Assembly (NCBI GenBank): GCA_965277805.1 | Contig: OZ255842.1 | Coordinates: 352,001-416,000 of the forward strand | From: Candidatus Lustribacter sp. | Lineage (GTDB): Bacteria > Vulcanimicrobiota > Vulcanimicrobiia > Vulcanimicrobiales > Vulcanimicrobiaceae | DNA: 64,000 nt | Reading direction: 5' to 3' | Shown here: positions 46,635 to 57,758 of the stretch, one piece after another | Layout: every line of letters starts with the position of its first letter | How positions within the stretch are numbered: the first letter of the stretch is position 1 | The notes under the pieces: model-generated | The model's database searches: none | What the model saw: the letters and a program-made list of their open reading frames with translations, nothing else | Told to the model about the DNA's origin: nothing | Translations under genes and position numbers: made by a program

Positions 46635-47132
46635 ATGCGAGCCACGCGCGCCGTCGCCTTGGTCCTGTTGTTGGTCGCCGTCGCCGCCGCCTCATGGTGG
46701 TTCTTCGGCCGGCACACAAACGAGCCGTCTTCCATTGCCGTCTACTATACCAAGTCGGACGGCACCACGCTCGTGCCATGGACGGTTTCGCTCGGTCCCG
46801 CGCGCGACCGGGGTTCGGTAGCCTTCTATGCGGCCGTACAAGCGGTCGCCGGGCCACCGGCCGGGGTCGACGCGGTACGCTTTCCGCCCGGAACTACCGT
46901 CCTTTCAGCCCACGTTGACGGGTCGACGGCCGACGTCGATCTGTCCAAAGACGTGGGCGTTGCCGTTGAGGGCAGCTTCAACGAGGCGGCAGAGTTTAAG
47001 GCGCTGGTGTACACGCTGACCGCCCTCCCCGGCATCTCGTCCGTGCGCGTGAGCGTTGCGGGCCAGACGCTCGCGACGCTTCCCGGAGGTCACCTCGAAC
47101 TCGATGAACCGCTTTCGCGTCAGAGTTTTTAG
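46635..47132 (+). CDS. GerMN domain membrane-anchored protein
   Basis: N-terminal TM, FPPGT.VL, ADVDLS, LVYTLT.LPGI..V.V.V.G, LDEPL. Confidence 0.85.
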   Translation: MRATRAVALVLLLVAVAAASWWFFGRHTNEPSSIAVYYTKSDGTTLVPWTVSLGPARDRGSVAFYAAVQAVAGPPAGVDAVRFPPGTTVLSAHVDGSTADVDLSKDVGVAVEGSFNEAAEFKALVYTLTALPGISSVRVSVAGQTLATLPGGHLELDEPLSRQSF

Positions 47133-49146
47133 CGCGCTCGCGACGCTCGCCGTCGCGCTTGCCGTTCTGGTCCCGGCCGGCGCTCAGTCGACCGATACGT
47201 CGAACTTCTGGTTTGCCGGCACCCGGCTGATCTTCGAGCGGGCAGTGCCGCTCGACGGCGACGTCGCGGTGTCGATCAAAGATACCGGCCTGCAGCGCTT
47301 TCTCGCCAAACTCGGCGCAACGGTCGCGTTCCAGCCGCAGCAACGCTACATCGTGATTACGGCGGCCGATCACCGCACGATCACCTTCACGATCGGGTCG
47401 GCGCAGTATCTGGCCGGCGGCGTCGCCGCGCGTGCAACCTTCGCCCCGTTCATCGACGGCTCGGAACCGATTTTGCCGCTGTTCGCACTCGCGCACGCGC
47501 TCTATGTCGAGCCGGTCGCGGGCGCCGGCGAAACGATCTTGCAGCCGCAGATCGGCGCGCTCGACATCCGCACGCAGGGCACGAAAACGACGGTCGTCAT
47601 CCGCGGAGCGACCGCGCTCGCGTACGTCAAGCGCGTCGATACGCCGACCCACGTCGAGTTCGCGTTCGCCGGCGTCGCCTCGCCGTTGAGCGGCACGCGC
47701 AAGGTCGGAGCAAACGTGACGGCGACGATTTCGAGCGGCGGCGTGCCGCGCAATCCCTCGACGATCGTGGCCCTCGACGGTCCGCGCGGCTTTACGTACG
47801 ACCTCACTCCGGCCGCGTCGCCGTTCGAACTCGGGCTGACGGTGACCGAGGCGCCGGCCGGATCCCCGGTGGCGGCCAATCCGCCCGCGGCGGCGTTGCC
47901 GAATCCGCCCGCCACGCCGCCGGCTCCGCTGCCGCCGGTTGCCCAGTCGACACCCGGGGCCTACGCGATGCCCTCGCCGCCGGCGCTGGGGGCAGCACCG
48001 CCCGCCGGCGCGTCGCAAACGCCCGAACAGAGCGCGCCGCTGGCCCAGTCGACCACGCCCGCGGTGATCGGTGCGATCACGATGCAGCCGCTCAACGACG
48101 GGCTCACGATCCACGTCGCGATCACCGGCGCGTCGGCGTACGATTGGCACCGCTTGGCCGATCAGCGCTGGTACGTCGATCTGCACAACGCAACGTTGAC
48201 CGACGCCGGGCGCGACGAGCGGCCGGGCGTGGCCGCGGTCGACAGCGTGCGCGTGCGCCAAATCGGGACGCCCGATGCGCCGGTGGTGCGCATCGCGCTG
48301 ACGTTGCGCGGTGAAAAGGAAGTCGACATCACGCCGGTGGCCGACGGGCTTTCGATCGCCGCGACCAACGTCGATGCGATCGCGGCGGTGAAAACCGGCA
48401 GCGGCCGCTTCGGTTCGGCGGCGATCGGCGATGCCGGCGCGCTCGCCGCGGCTCCGCTCCCGGCCGCAATGCCGTTCGGTCTCGCAACGCCGAGCATTCC
48501 GGCCGCGCCGTGGAAGTTCGGCGGAGGTCGCACGATCGTGCTCGATCCGGGCCACGGTGGTGATGACTTCGGCACCGCGCACAACGGGCTCATCGAAAAA
48601 AATCTGACGATCGACATCGCACGCCGGCTGCGGATCTTGCTCACCGCGGCCGGCTGGAACGTGCGGATGACGCGCGATAGCGATATCGATCCGGTCTCGC
48701 AAGCGAACCTCGCGGCGATGCGCGCCGACGGCAAGCCGAATCCCGACGATCGCGCCTACCTGCAGACGCGCTGCGACGTCGCCAACTCGATCAACGCGAA
48801 GTTGTTCATCAGCATTCACGTGAACTATTCCGACAGCCCGAGCATCAACGGCACGACGTTCTACTGGTACAAGCCCGACTCCGAACAATTCGCCGCGGCG
48901 CTGGAAAAGGCCGTGATTCCGGTCGCCGGCACGAGCGACGTCGGTCCGCGGCACGAAAACTTCTACGTGATTCGCCACACCACGATGCCGTCGGTGCTGA
49001 TCGAAACGGCGTTCATCTCAAACCCGCACGACGCAGCCTTGCTGCGCACGCCGGAGTTCTTGCAGAACATGGCCCAGGGAATCGCCAACGGCGTGAAAGC
49101 CTACGCCGGCATTCCGCCCGCGCAAGCGTCGAAAGCCGATCAGTGA
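47104..49146 (+). CDS. N-acetylmuramoyl-L-alanine amidase (Amidase_3) with N-terminal stalk, Pro-rich linker and AMIN-like domain
   Basis: IVLDPGHGG, EKNLT, MTRDSD, FISIHVN, MPSVLIETAFISN. Confidence 0.9.
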   Translation: MNRFRVRVFSALATLAVALAVLVPAGAQSTDTSNFWFAGTRLIFERAVPLDGDVAVSIKDTGLQRFLAKLGATVAFQPQQRYIVITAADHRTITFTIGSAQYLAGGVAARATFAPFIDGSEPILPLFALAHALYVEPVAGAGETILQPQIGALDIRTQGTKTTVVIRGATALAYVKRVDTPTHVEFAFAGVASPLSGTRKVGANVTATISSGGVPRNPSTIVALDGPRGFTYDLTPAASPFELGLTVTEAPAGSPVAANPPAAALPNPPATPPAPLPPVAQSTPGAYAMPSPPALGAAPPAGASQTPEQSAPLAQSTTPAVIGAITMQPLNDGLTIHVAITGASAYDWHRLADQRWYVDLHNATLTDAGRDERPGVAAVDSVRVRQIGTPDAPVVRIALTLRGEKEVDITPVADGLSIAATNVDAIAAVKTGSGRFGSAAIGDAGALAAAPLPAAMPFGLATPSIPAAPWKFGGGRTIVLDPGHGGDDFGTAHNGLIEKNLTIDIARRLRILLTAAGWNVRMTRDSDIDPVSQANLAAMRADGKPNPDDRAYLQTRCDVANSINAKLFISIHVNYSDSPSINGTTFYWYKPDSEQFAAALEKAVIPVAGTSDVGPRHENFYVIRHTTMPSVLIETAFISNPHDAALLRTPEFLQNMAQGIANGVKAYAGIPPAQASKADQ

Positions 49147-49907
49147 TCGGCGTTTACGACTCGGGACTCGGCGGCCTGACCGTGCTCGCTGCGCTGCGCG
49201 CGGCCGGCATCGGTGACGACGTCGTCTACTTCGCCGATCAAGCCCACGTGCCGTACGGCGAACGCACCGATGCCGATCTGCACGGCTTGCTCACCGCGAA
49301 CCTCGCGTGGCTCGCGGAACACGGCGTCGATCTGGTCGTGATGGGCTGCAACACGTCGTGCGCGGTCGCGGCGAAACTCGGCTGGCCCGCGCAGCGTTTC
49401 GTGCTGCCGATCCAAGACCTGATCGTCAACGGCGCGCGCGCCTTCGCGAGTGCGCCGTATCGCCGCGTGGCAGTCGTCGCTACGCCGGCCACGGTGCGCA
49501 GTCACGCGTACGCCCACGCGATCGCGGCGCAAGCTCCGCACATCGAGGTGGTCGAGATCGCCGCGCCCGCGCTCGTGCCGCTGGTCGAAGCCGGTGCGAG
49601 CGAAAGCGCCGAAGGGCTTGCCGCCGTGCGGGAAGTCGTGGCCGAGTTTCCGGCCGGCGTCGATGCGCTCGTGTACGGCTGCACGCATTATCCGCTGCTC
49701 GACGCGCACTTCGCCGCGCTCGCGCCGAACGTGGCCCGCATCGATCCGGCGGCCGAACAAGCGCGCGCCGTGCTTGCACTGAAGCTGCCTGCTGCATCGG
49801 GATCGACAACGTACGTCACCAACGGTGACGTGGCGAAGTTCGAACGCAACGTGCGCCATTGGACGAACGACCACGCCGGCCGCGTGATGGGCTTGGCGGC
49901 TCGCTAG
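49143..49907 (+). CDS. murI: Glutamate racemase
   Basis: IGVYDSGLGGLTV, D.AHVPYG, GCNTS, GCTHYP. Confidence 0.95.
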   Translation: MIGVYDSGLGGLTVLAALRAAGIGDDVVYFADQAHVPYGERTDADLHGLLTANLAWLAEHGVDLVVMGCNTSCAVAAKLGWPAQRFVLPIQDLIVNGARAFASAPYRRVAVVATPATVRSHAYAHAIAAQAPHIEVVEIAAPALVPLVEAGASESAEGLAAVREVVAEFPAGVDALVYGCTHYPLLDAHFAALAPNVARIDPAAEQARAVLALKLPAASGSTTYVTNGDVAKFERNVRHWTNDHAGRVMGLAAR

Positions 49908-49939
49908 CGGACGCAGCGACTGTGAGCTGACGCAGGGCT

Positions 49940-50578
49940 TCAGATCACGTGAAAGAGCCGGAAAACGGTAAGCGTTGAGACGGTTGCGAGTCCGACGCCG
50001 GCAATGACTTGCAGCACGGTGTGCGCGCGCAAGTAGACACGGGCCCAGCATACGATCGGGATCAGAATCAAGAACGGCAGCGGGCGCGGTCCGTAGATCA
50101 CGCACAGGGCGATGAGCGGTGCGGTGATGCCGAGCGCGTGGGTGGAAATCTTCCAATAACGCGTGATCCACTGCACGACCATCGATGAGACGGCATAGCC
50201 GGCCATTGAGGCGGTGACGATCGCCGGCGCGCCGATGAGCCACAGATCGATCGTGCCGAGCACGAAGAAGATCACGAACACCACGAATACGTGCTCGCGT
50301 TCTTCGCGCTTGGACATATCGAGGTCGGAGATGCGGTCGGTGGCGTAGAGCCAGAAGACGTAGAGCATCGGCCCGATCGAGGTGAAGAACGCGCTGTTAC
50401 CCAGCAGCACCCAGAACTCGGCGTTGGTCCGCGACCGGGCGCCCGCCAAAATCACGAACAGGAGCAAGGCCGTCAGGAACGGGTTGCAGACCGTCGAGAA
50501 GATCCGAGCGACGTCGGTCCAGACCCGGGGCCGGACGCGCAGCGGGATCGGCGGCGGGAGGCCCTGCGGAGCTTGCAC
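49940..50578 (-). CDS. PAP2-superfamily integral membrane protein
   Basis: Multiple TMs, WKISTHA, WARVYLRAHT..QVIAG; start (GTG 50578) uncertain. Confidence 0.75.
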   Translation of the reverse strand: MQAPQGLPPPIPLRVRPRVWTDVARIFSTVCNPFLTALLLFVILAGARSRTNAEFWVLLGNSAFFTSIGPMLYVFWLYATDRISDLDMSKREEREHVFVVFVIFFVLGTIDLWLIGAPAIVTASMAGYAVSSMVVQWITRYWKISTHALGITAPLIALCVIYGPRPLPFLILIPIVCWARVYLRAHTVLQVIAGVGLATVSTLTVFRLFHVI

Positions 50579-50611
50579 GGGCTTCGCGTTCGCGGCGTCG
50601 AAAAGCGGGAC

Positions 50612-52504
50612 ATGCTCGAACGACTGGGGACGCCGGCCGATCTGAGCGGCCTGAGCCGCACCGAGATCGACAGCCTCGCCAAAGAAATCCGCAACGTCCT
50701 CATCCAGGTCTGTGCCGTCAACGGCGGCCACCTCGCGCCGAATCTCGGCGTCGTGGAACTGACGCTGGCCCTGCACCGCGTGCTCGACATGCGCAGCGAC
50801 AAGGTCGTGTGGGACGTCAGCCATCAGTCCTACGTCCACAAGCTGCTCACCGGCCGCGCCCAGCAGATCGAAACGCTGCGCCAAGGCGGCGGCGTGTCGG
50901 GCTTCGCGATGCGCAGCGAATCGGAATACGATCCGTTCGGTGCCGGCCATGCCTCGACGTCGATCTCGGCCGCACTCGGCATGGCGACGGCGCGCGATCT
51001 GCAGGGCGGCAAAGAAACGGTCGTGGCGGTCATCGGCGACGGCGCGCTGACCGGTGGCCTCGCATACGAAGCGATCAACAACGCCGGACCGATGAAGACC
51101 AACTTCATCGTGATCCTCAACGACAACGAGATGTCGATCGCGCCCAACGTCGGCTCGATCGCGTCGTATCTCTCGGTGCTGCGTTCGAAGCCGTGGTCGA
51201 ACAGCGCGCGCACGCTGACCAAGGACGTCCTCGGTCACGTGCCGTTCGGAACGACCGCGCGCCGCGCGCTGTCGACGGCGGAAACCGCGGCGATGAAGTT
51301 CGTTTCGCCCGAGGGCAAGACGGCCGTGATCTTCGAGGAGATGGGCTTCCGCTACATCGGCCCGATCGACGGCCACGACTACGATGCGCTATGCGACATC
51401 CTCTCGAACGCGCGCCGCATTCCGGGCCCCGTGCTGCTGCACGTGCGCACGGTCAAGGGCAAGGGCTTCGAGCCAGCCGAGACCGACGCGCGCACGTTCC
51501 ACGGCGTGGGCCCGAACGTCTATTCACCCGATGAAGGAAAGCTCGAGAAGAAGAGTGGCCGGCCGACGTTCGCGCAGGCGTTCGCCGATGCGCTGATCGC
51601 GGTTGCCGCGCGCGACGAGCGCGTCATCGGCATCACCGCGGCGATGCCCGACGGCACGGGTCTGGCGAAATTCGCCAAGGCCTTCCCGGCGCGCTATTTC
51701 GACGTCGGGATCGCCGAAGCGCACGCGGTGTGTTTCGCCGCCGGCGCATCGACCAGCAACATCAAACCGGTGTGCGCGATCTACTCGACGTTCTTGCAAC
51801 GCGCCTACGATCAGATCGTCCACGACGTGGCGGTGCAGAACTTGCCGGTCGTGTTCGCGCTCGATCGCGCCGGATTCGTCGGTGACGACGGCCCGACGCA
51901 CATGGGCCTTTACGATATCGCCTACCTGCGCACGCTTCCGAACATGGTGCTGATGGCGCCGCGCAACGAAGCCGAGATCACGCCGATGCTCGACGTGGCC
52001 TTGGCCATCGACGGGCCGGCCGCGATGCGCTATCCGCGCGGCAGCTCGAGCGGCAAATGGGACGAACCGCTGGCGCCCGTCGTCGTCGGTCGCGCGGAGG
52101 TCTTACGCCGCGGTCACGGCATCGCGATTCTGGCGCTCGGCATCACGGTCGACGCCGCGCTCGACGCCTATGCGCTGCTCGATGACGACGCTAAACCGAC
52201 CGTCGTCAACATGCGCTTCGTCAAGCCGCTCGATGAAAACCTGATCCTCGAATTGGCCGAAACGCACACCCGTTTCATCACGCTGGAAGAGCATTCGCTG
52301 GCCGGCGGCTTCGGCTCGGCGGTGGTGGAATTCATCAACGACCGGGGACTGTCGGTTCGGGTCGAGCGCATCGGCGTGCCCAACGTCCTCGTCCACCATG
52401 CCAAGCCCGAGGCCCAGCGCGCTCAGTTCGGCCTGACCGGCGAACACGTTGCGGCCCGGGTAAACGCCCTGCGCGACAAGGTTCGTTCGGTCCCCGGGGC
52501 GTAG
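50612..52504 (+). CDS. dxs: 1-deoxy-D-xylulose-5-phosphate synthase
   Basis: GGHLAPNLGVVELT, WDVSHQSYVHKLLTGR, GDGALTGG, DVGIAEAHAV, DGPTH. Confidence 0.97.
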   Translation: MLERLGTPADLSGLSRTEIDSLAKEIRNVLIQVCAVNGGHLAPNLGVVELTLALHRVLDMRSDKVVWDVSHQSYVHKLLTGRAQQIETLRQGGGVSGFAMRSESEYDPFGAGHASTSISAALGMATARDLQGGKETVVAVIGDGALTGGLAYEAINNAGPMKTNFIVILNDNEMSIAPNVGSIASYLSVLRSKPWSNSARTLTKDVLGHVPFGTTARRALSTAETAAMKFVSPEGKTAVIFEEMGFRYIGPIDGHDYDALCDILSNARRIPGPVLLHVRTVKGKGFEPAETDARTFHGVGPNVYSPDEGKLEKKSGRPTFAQAFADALIAVAARDERVIGITAAMPDGTGLAKFAKAFPARYFDVGIAEAHAVCFAAGASTSNIKPVCAIYSTFLQRAYDQIVHDVAVQNLPVVFALDRAGFVGDDGPTHMGLYDIAYLRTLPNMVLMAPRNEAEITPMLDVALAIDGPAAMRYPRGSSSGKWDEPLAPVVVGRAEVLRRGHGIAILALGITVDAALDAYALLDDDAKPTVVNMRFVKPLDENLILELAETHTRFITLEEHSLAGGFGSAVVEFINDRGLSVRVERIGVPNVLVHHAKPEAQRAQFGLTGEHVAARVNALRDKVRSVPGA

Positions 52505-52547
52505 TCGACGGGTTGATTTTGCCGCTTTCCGAGGAGTCTGAATTCAC

Positions 52548-52928
52548 GTGTTAACCGTTCTGCTTGCGGCGACGACGCCGGTCGCCAAGGCGACCGCCGC
52601 GGCCATCAAGCTGACCCCCCAGCAACTCCAGCAGATGCTGCAAAATCAGCCCGCCCTCAACTACCAGCACCAGACAGCACTGCAGCAGCACGCGGGCTGG
52701 CTCACCCATACGCTGGCCGGTTTCTTCGTCGTCGCGGCGATCTCGTTGATCGGTTTGCTCGCTGTGCAGACCACGAAGCAAGAGGGCCTCTCGGGCACGA
52801 TCGGAGGCCGCGTCGATTCGGCCTACCGCGGGCGGCTCGGCTTCGAGGGCCAGATCGCGCGGGTCACCGGAGTCGTCGCGGTCACGTTCGTCGTCGTCGC
52901 GACGCTCGTCTCGCTCTCGGGAATCTAG
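52548..52928 (+). CDS. secG: Preprotein translocase subunit SecG with N-terminal extension
   Basis: [21 protein letters not shown]...[10 protein letters not shown] pattern with two TMs; GAGGAG RBS. Confidence 0.8.
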   Translation: MLTVLLAATTPVAKATAAAIKLTPQQLQQMLQNQPALNYQHQTALQQHAGWLTHTLAGFFVVAAISLIGLLAVQTTKQEGLSGTIGGRVDSAYRGRLGFEGQIARVTGVVAVTFVVVATLVSLSGI

Positions 52929-52930
52929 AC

Positions 52931-53964
<1,034 letters not shown>

Positions 53965-53965
<1 letters not shown>

Positions 53966-54990
53966 TGGCGGAAGACCTGGTCGTCGTCCGCGACCTCAAG
54001 AAGTACTTCCCGATCACGGCAGGCCTCTTGCAGAACAAGGTCGGCGACGTCAAAGCCGTCGACGGCATCGACTTCGACATCCGCCGCGGCGAGACGCTGG
54101 GGCTCGTCGGCGAATCCGGTTCCGGCAAGACGACGGCAGGCCGCGTGATTTTGCGCTTGACCGACGCCACCGCCGGGAGCATCACGTTCGACGGCCGCGA
54201 TATCACGAATCTCAGCCGGTCCGAATTGCGCCCGCTGCGCAAAGAGATGCAGATCATCTTTCAGGATCCCTACGCCTCGCTCAATCCGCGCATGACGGTC
54301 GGCGACATCATCCGCGAGCCGCTGCAGATCCACAACCTGGCGTCCGGTAAAGCGGCCGAGAAGCGGGTGCAAGAGCTCCTCTCGATGGTCGGTTTACAGC
54401 CCTACCACGCGAACCGCTACCCGCATGAATTCTCCGGTGGGCAGCGCCAGCGCGTCGGCATCGCGCGCGCCTTGGCGGTCAATCCGAAGTTCATCGTCGC
54501 GGACGAGCCGGTCTCCGCACTCGACGTCTCGATTCAGGCTCAGGTCATCAACCTGCTCCAGGATCTGCAGAAGCAGCTCGGGCTCACCTTCCTATTCATC
54601 GCGCACGATCTGTCGGTCGTGCGCCACATTTCCAACCGCGTGGCGGTGATGTACGTCGGCAAGATCATCGAGATCGCCGATCGCGACCGGCTCTACGCAA
54701 ATCCGCTCCACCCCTACACCCAGGCGCTGCTCTCGGCGATCCCGATCCCCGATCCCGATGTCGAGCGCCGCCGCAAACGCATCGTCCTCACCGGCGACAT
54801 TCCCTCGCCGGTGAATCCGCCGGCAGGCTGCCGCTTTCACACCCGCTGCCCGATCGCGTTCGAGCGCTGCAAGGTCGAGGTGCCGGCCTTCAACCTCTAC
54901 GAAGACGGCCATCGCGCGGCATGCCATTGGGTCGAAGAGCACAACGGCCAAGCCCCCGATCTCGCCAACGGCCCGGCCGTCATAGCATAA
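53965..54990 (+). CDS. oppF: Oligopeptide ABC ATPase OppF/DppF
   Basis: TGATG overlap; [39 protein letters not shown]. Confidence 0.92.
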
Positions 54991-55020
54991 AAAAAGAGCG
55001 GCCCGAGGGTCGCTCTTTTC
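54989..55020. terminator. Bidirectional intrinsic terminator
   Basis: AAAAAAAGAGCGGCC-CGAG-GGTCGCTCTTTT between convergent genes. Confidence 0.85.
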
Positions 55021-55038
55021 GAAGTCCAGGCGCTGGAG

Positions 55039-55395
55039 TTACTTCTTTTTCTTGCGGCTGGATTTCTTTTTGGCGGTCTTTTTAGCGGTTTTCTTGGACT
55101 TTTTGGCTCCGCTCTTCTTGGCTTTCTTCTTAGAAGACTTCTTCGCGGTTTTCTTGCGACTGGTCTTCTTCGCCGTTTTCTTTTTGGCGGTCTTTTTGGC
55201 AGATTTCTTAGCAGTCGACTTTTTCGCTGCCTTCTTACGGGTGGTCTTTTTGGCCGTCTTCTTGGCGGTTTTCTTCTTCGCTACCGACTTTTTGGCGGCA
55301 GACTTTTTCGCGCCGGCCTTCTTTTTACGGGCCTTTTTGCGGGCCTTCTTCGGCGCCGGTGCTGCGGGCATGATGCCCATGGTTTCCGGGTCCAT
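55039..55395 (-). CDS. Histone H1-like Lys/Ala-rich basic protein
   Basis: Repeated KK(T/S)AKK units over about 100 aa; GGAGG RBS upstream. Confidence 0.82.
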   Translation of the reverse strand: MDPETMGIMPAAPAPKKARKKARKKKAGAKKSAAKKSVAKKKTAKKTAKKTTRKKAAKKSTAKKSAKKTAKKKTAKKTSRKKTAKKSSKKKAKKSGAKKSKKTAKKTAKKKSSRKKKK

Positions 55396-55604
55396 TCAAC
55401 CTCCTCGTCCGCGCGGACGATTGTTGCGGATGTGCGTCGCGCGGATGGCGACGCATCGTTGAGAGCATCGTACAAGGAATTCGCATTTTGCGCAACTCGG
55501 CTGACCGGCCGAGCGGTTAAATCGCAGGCCCGCGAGACCCAACTTTGGCCTAGGGCTTGACGAGCCGTACTATACTGAAGGCGTTTACTCTCCGAAGGAC
55601 CAGC

Positions 55605-57758
55605 GTGGCTAACAAACCGCTCATCATCGTCGAATCGCCGACGAAAGCCAAAACCATCAAGAAATTCTTGCCGCCGCGCTACGTTGTTAAGGCGTCGGTC
55701 GGGCACGTCCGCGACCTGCCCAAATCGACGCTCGGAGTGGACGTCGATCACGATTTCACGCCCAAATATCTGACGATCAAGGGCAAGGGCGACATCATCA
55801 AGGAGCTCAAGGCAGCGGCGAAATCGGCCAGCGAAGTCTACCTCGCGACCGACCCTGATCGCGAAGGCGAAGCGATCGCCTGGCATTTGGCCGAGATCCT
55901 GAAGCTGGAAAATCCGAAGCGGATCGAGCTGCACGAAATCACCAAAGACGCAGCGCTGGCGGCAATCGCCGATCCGCACGCGATCGATATGCCGCGCGTC
56001 AACGCCCAGCAAGCGCGGCGCATTCTCGACCGCCTGGTGGGCTATAAGATCTCCCCGCTGCTATGGGCGAAGGTCCGCGGCGGCCTCTCGGCCGGCCGTG
56101 TGCAATCGGTCGCAGTCCGGATGATCGTCGACCGCGAACGCGAGATCAACGCGTTCGTTCCGCGCGAATACTGGTCGATCACGGCACGGCTCGCAAAGCA
56201 GCACGTCAACGGCACGCCGCCGGTGATCTTCCCGGCGGAGCTCTACCAAATCGATGGCGCCAAGGCCGAAGTGGCCGACGGCAAGACCGCGGCCGAAGTG
56301 GTTGATGCCGTCAAGGATGCGCCGTGGCGCGTGTCTTCGGTCAAAGAACGCGAGACGCGGCGCAATGCGGCCGCCCCGTTCACAACCTCGACGATTCAGC
56401 AAGAAGCTTCGCGCAAGCTGAAGTTCCGCGTTCGCAAGACGATGCAACTGGCGCAGGCGCTCTACGAGGGCGTCGATCTTGGCGCCGAGGGCACCCAAGG
56501 TCTGATCACCTACATGCGCACCGACTCGACCCGCGTCGCCGACTCGGCGCGCGAGGCAGCGCGCGAGTTCATCGAGACGACCTACGGCAAAGAGTTTGCC
56601 GGCAGCGGGCGGCAGTTCAAGATGCGCGAGGGCGCGCAAGATGCGCACGAAGCGATCCGGCCGACGTCGGTGTTCCGCACCCCGGATTCCGTGGCCGGCG
56701 TGCTCAAGCGCGACGAGCTGCGGCTCTATCGCCTGATCTGGGAGCGCTTCGTCGCTTCGCAGATGGCGCCGGCGATCTTCGATCAGACGACGGTCGACTT
56801 CGTCATCGGCCGCTACACGTTCCGTTCCACCGGCTCGGTGCTGAAATTCGCCGGCTTCACCCGGGTGTATGAAGAAGGTCGCGACGACGCGCAGGCGGCG
56901 CCCGCCGAGGAACTTACCGACGGCAAGAAACCTCTGCTGCCGAAGCTGATCGTCGATGAGCCGCTCGACCTCAAGGGCATCGATCCCAAGCAGCACTTCA
57001 CCGAGCCGCCGCCGCGCTTCACCGAAGCCTCGCTCGTGCGCGTGCTCGAAGAGAACGGGATCGGCCGGCCCTCGACCTACAGCTCGATCGTCGAGACGAT
57101 TCAGGCGCGCGGGTACGTCGAGCAAATCGAACGCCGCTTCCATCCGACCGACATCGGGATTCAGGTCAACGACCTGCTGGCCGAGCACTTCAAGGACGTG
57201 GTCGATCCGGGCTTCACCGCGCAGATGGAGCGCGATCTCGACGGCGTTGCCGATTCGGGCGGCGACTGGGTTGGCGTGCTGCGCACGTTCTACGACAAGT
57301 TTTCGCTCGAGCTCACCGCGGCCGAAGAGAAGCTGCCGAAGTTCGAACAGCGCGACGAGCCGACCGACGACATCTGCCCGACCTGCGGCAAGCCGATGGT
57401 CATCAAGACCGGCCGCTTCGGAAAGTTCATCTCGTGCACCGGCTATCCGGAGTGCAAGACGACGCGCCCGATCCTCAAAGACACCGGCGCCATCTGTCCC
57501 AAAGACGGCGGCATGGTCGTCGAGCGCAAATCGCGCAAGGGCCGCACGTTCTTCGGCTGCGCCAACTACCCGAAGTGCGACTTCGTCTCGTGGGACCGCG
57601 TCGTGCCCGAACCGTGCCCCGTCTGCGGCGACTACGTGGTCGTAAAGACGAAACGCGGCGGCGTGTCCTCGTTCGAGTGCCACACCGACAAGACGCACGA
57701 TACCTCCAAAATGGGCGGGGCGCCGCAGGCCGAAGAAGAGGAGCTTGAGCCAGTCTGA
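55605..57758 (+). CDS. topA: DNA topoisomerase I with C-terminal zinc ribbons
   Basis: IIVESPTKAKTI, ATDPDREGE, SAGRVQS, ITYMRTD, CxxC ribbons. Confidence 0.97.
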   Translation: MANKPLIIVESPTKAKTIKKFLPPRYVVKASVGHVRDLPKSTLGVDVDHDFTPKYLTIKGKGDIIKELKAAAKSASEVYLATDPDREGEAIAWHLAEILKLENPKRIELHEITKDAALAAIADPHAIDMPRVNAQQARRILDRLVGYKISPLLWAKVRGGLSAGRVQSVAVRMIVDREREINAFVPREYWSITARLAKQHVNGTPPVIFPAELYQIDGAKAEVADGKTAAEVVDAVKDAPWRVSSVKERETRRNAAAPFTTSTIQQEASRKLKFRVRKTMQLAQALYEGVDLGAEGTQGLITYMRTDSTRVADSAREAAREFIETTYGKEFAGSGRQFKMREGAQDAHEAIRPTSVFRTPDSVAGVLKRDELRLYRLIWERFVASQMAPAIFDQTTVDFVIGRYTFRSTGSVLKFAGFTRVYEEGRDDAQAAPAEELTDGKKPLLPKLIVDEPLDLKGIDPKQHFTEPPPRFTEASLVRVLEENGIGRPSTYSSIVETIQARGYVEQIERRFHPTDIGIQVNDLLAEHFKDVVDPGFTAQMERDLDGVADSGGDWVGVLRTFYDKFSLELTAAEEKLPKFEQRDEPTDDICPTCGKPMVIKTGRFGKFISCTGYPECKTTRPILKDTGAICPKDGGMVVERKSRKGRTFFGCANYPKCDFVSWDRVVPEPCPVCGDYVVVKTKRGGVSSFECHTDKTHDTSKMGGAPQAEEEELEPV

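Noticed and set aside
55052-55462. Hydrophobic FFLAVF-repeat ORF on the plus strand
   Set aside because: Antisense shadow of the Lys-rich gene, which has the RBS.
55545-55576. TTGACG and TATACT upstream of topA as a sigma-70 promoter pair
   Set aside because: They are only 8 nt apart; a promoter is likely here but its elements cannot be assigned.
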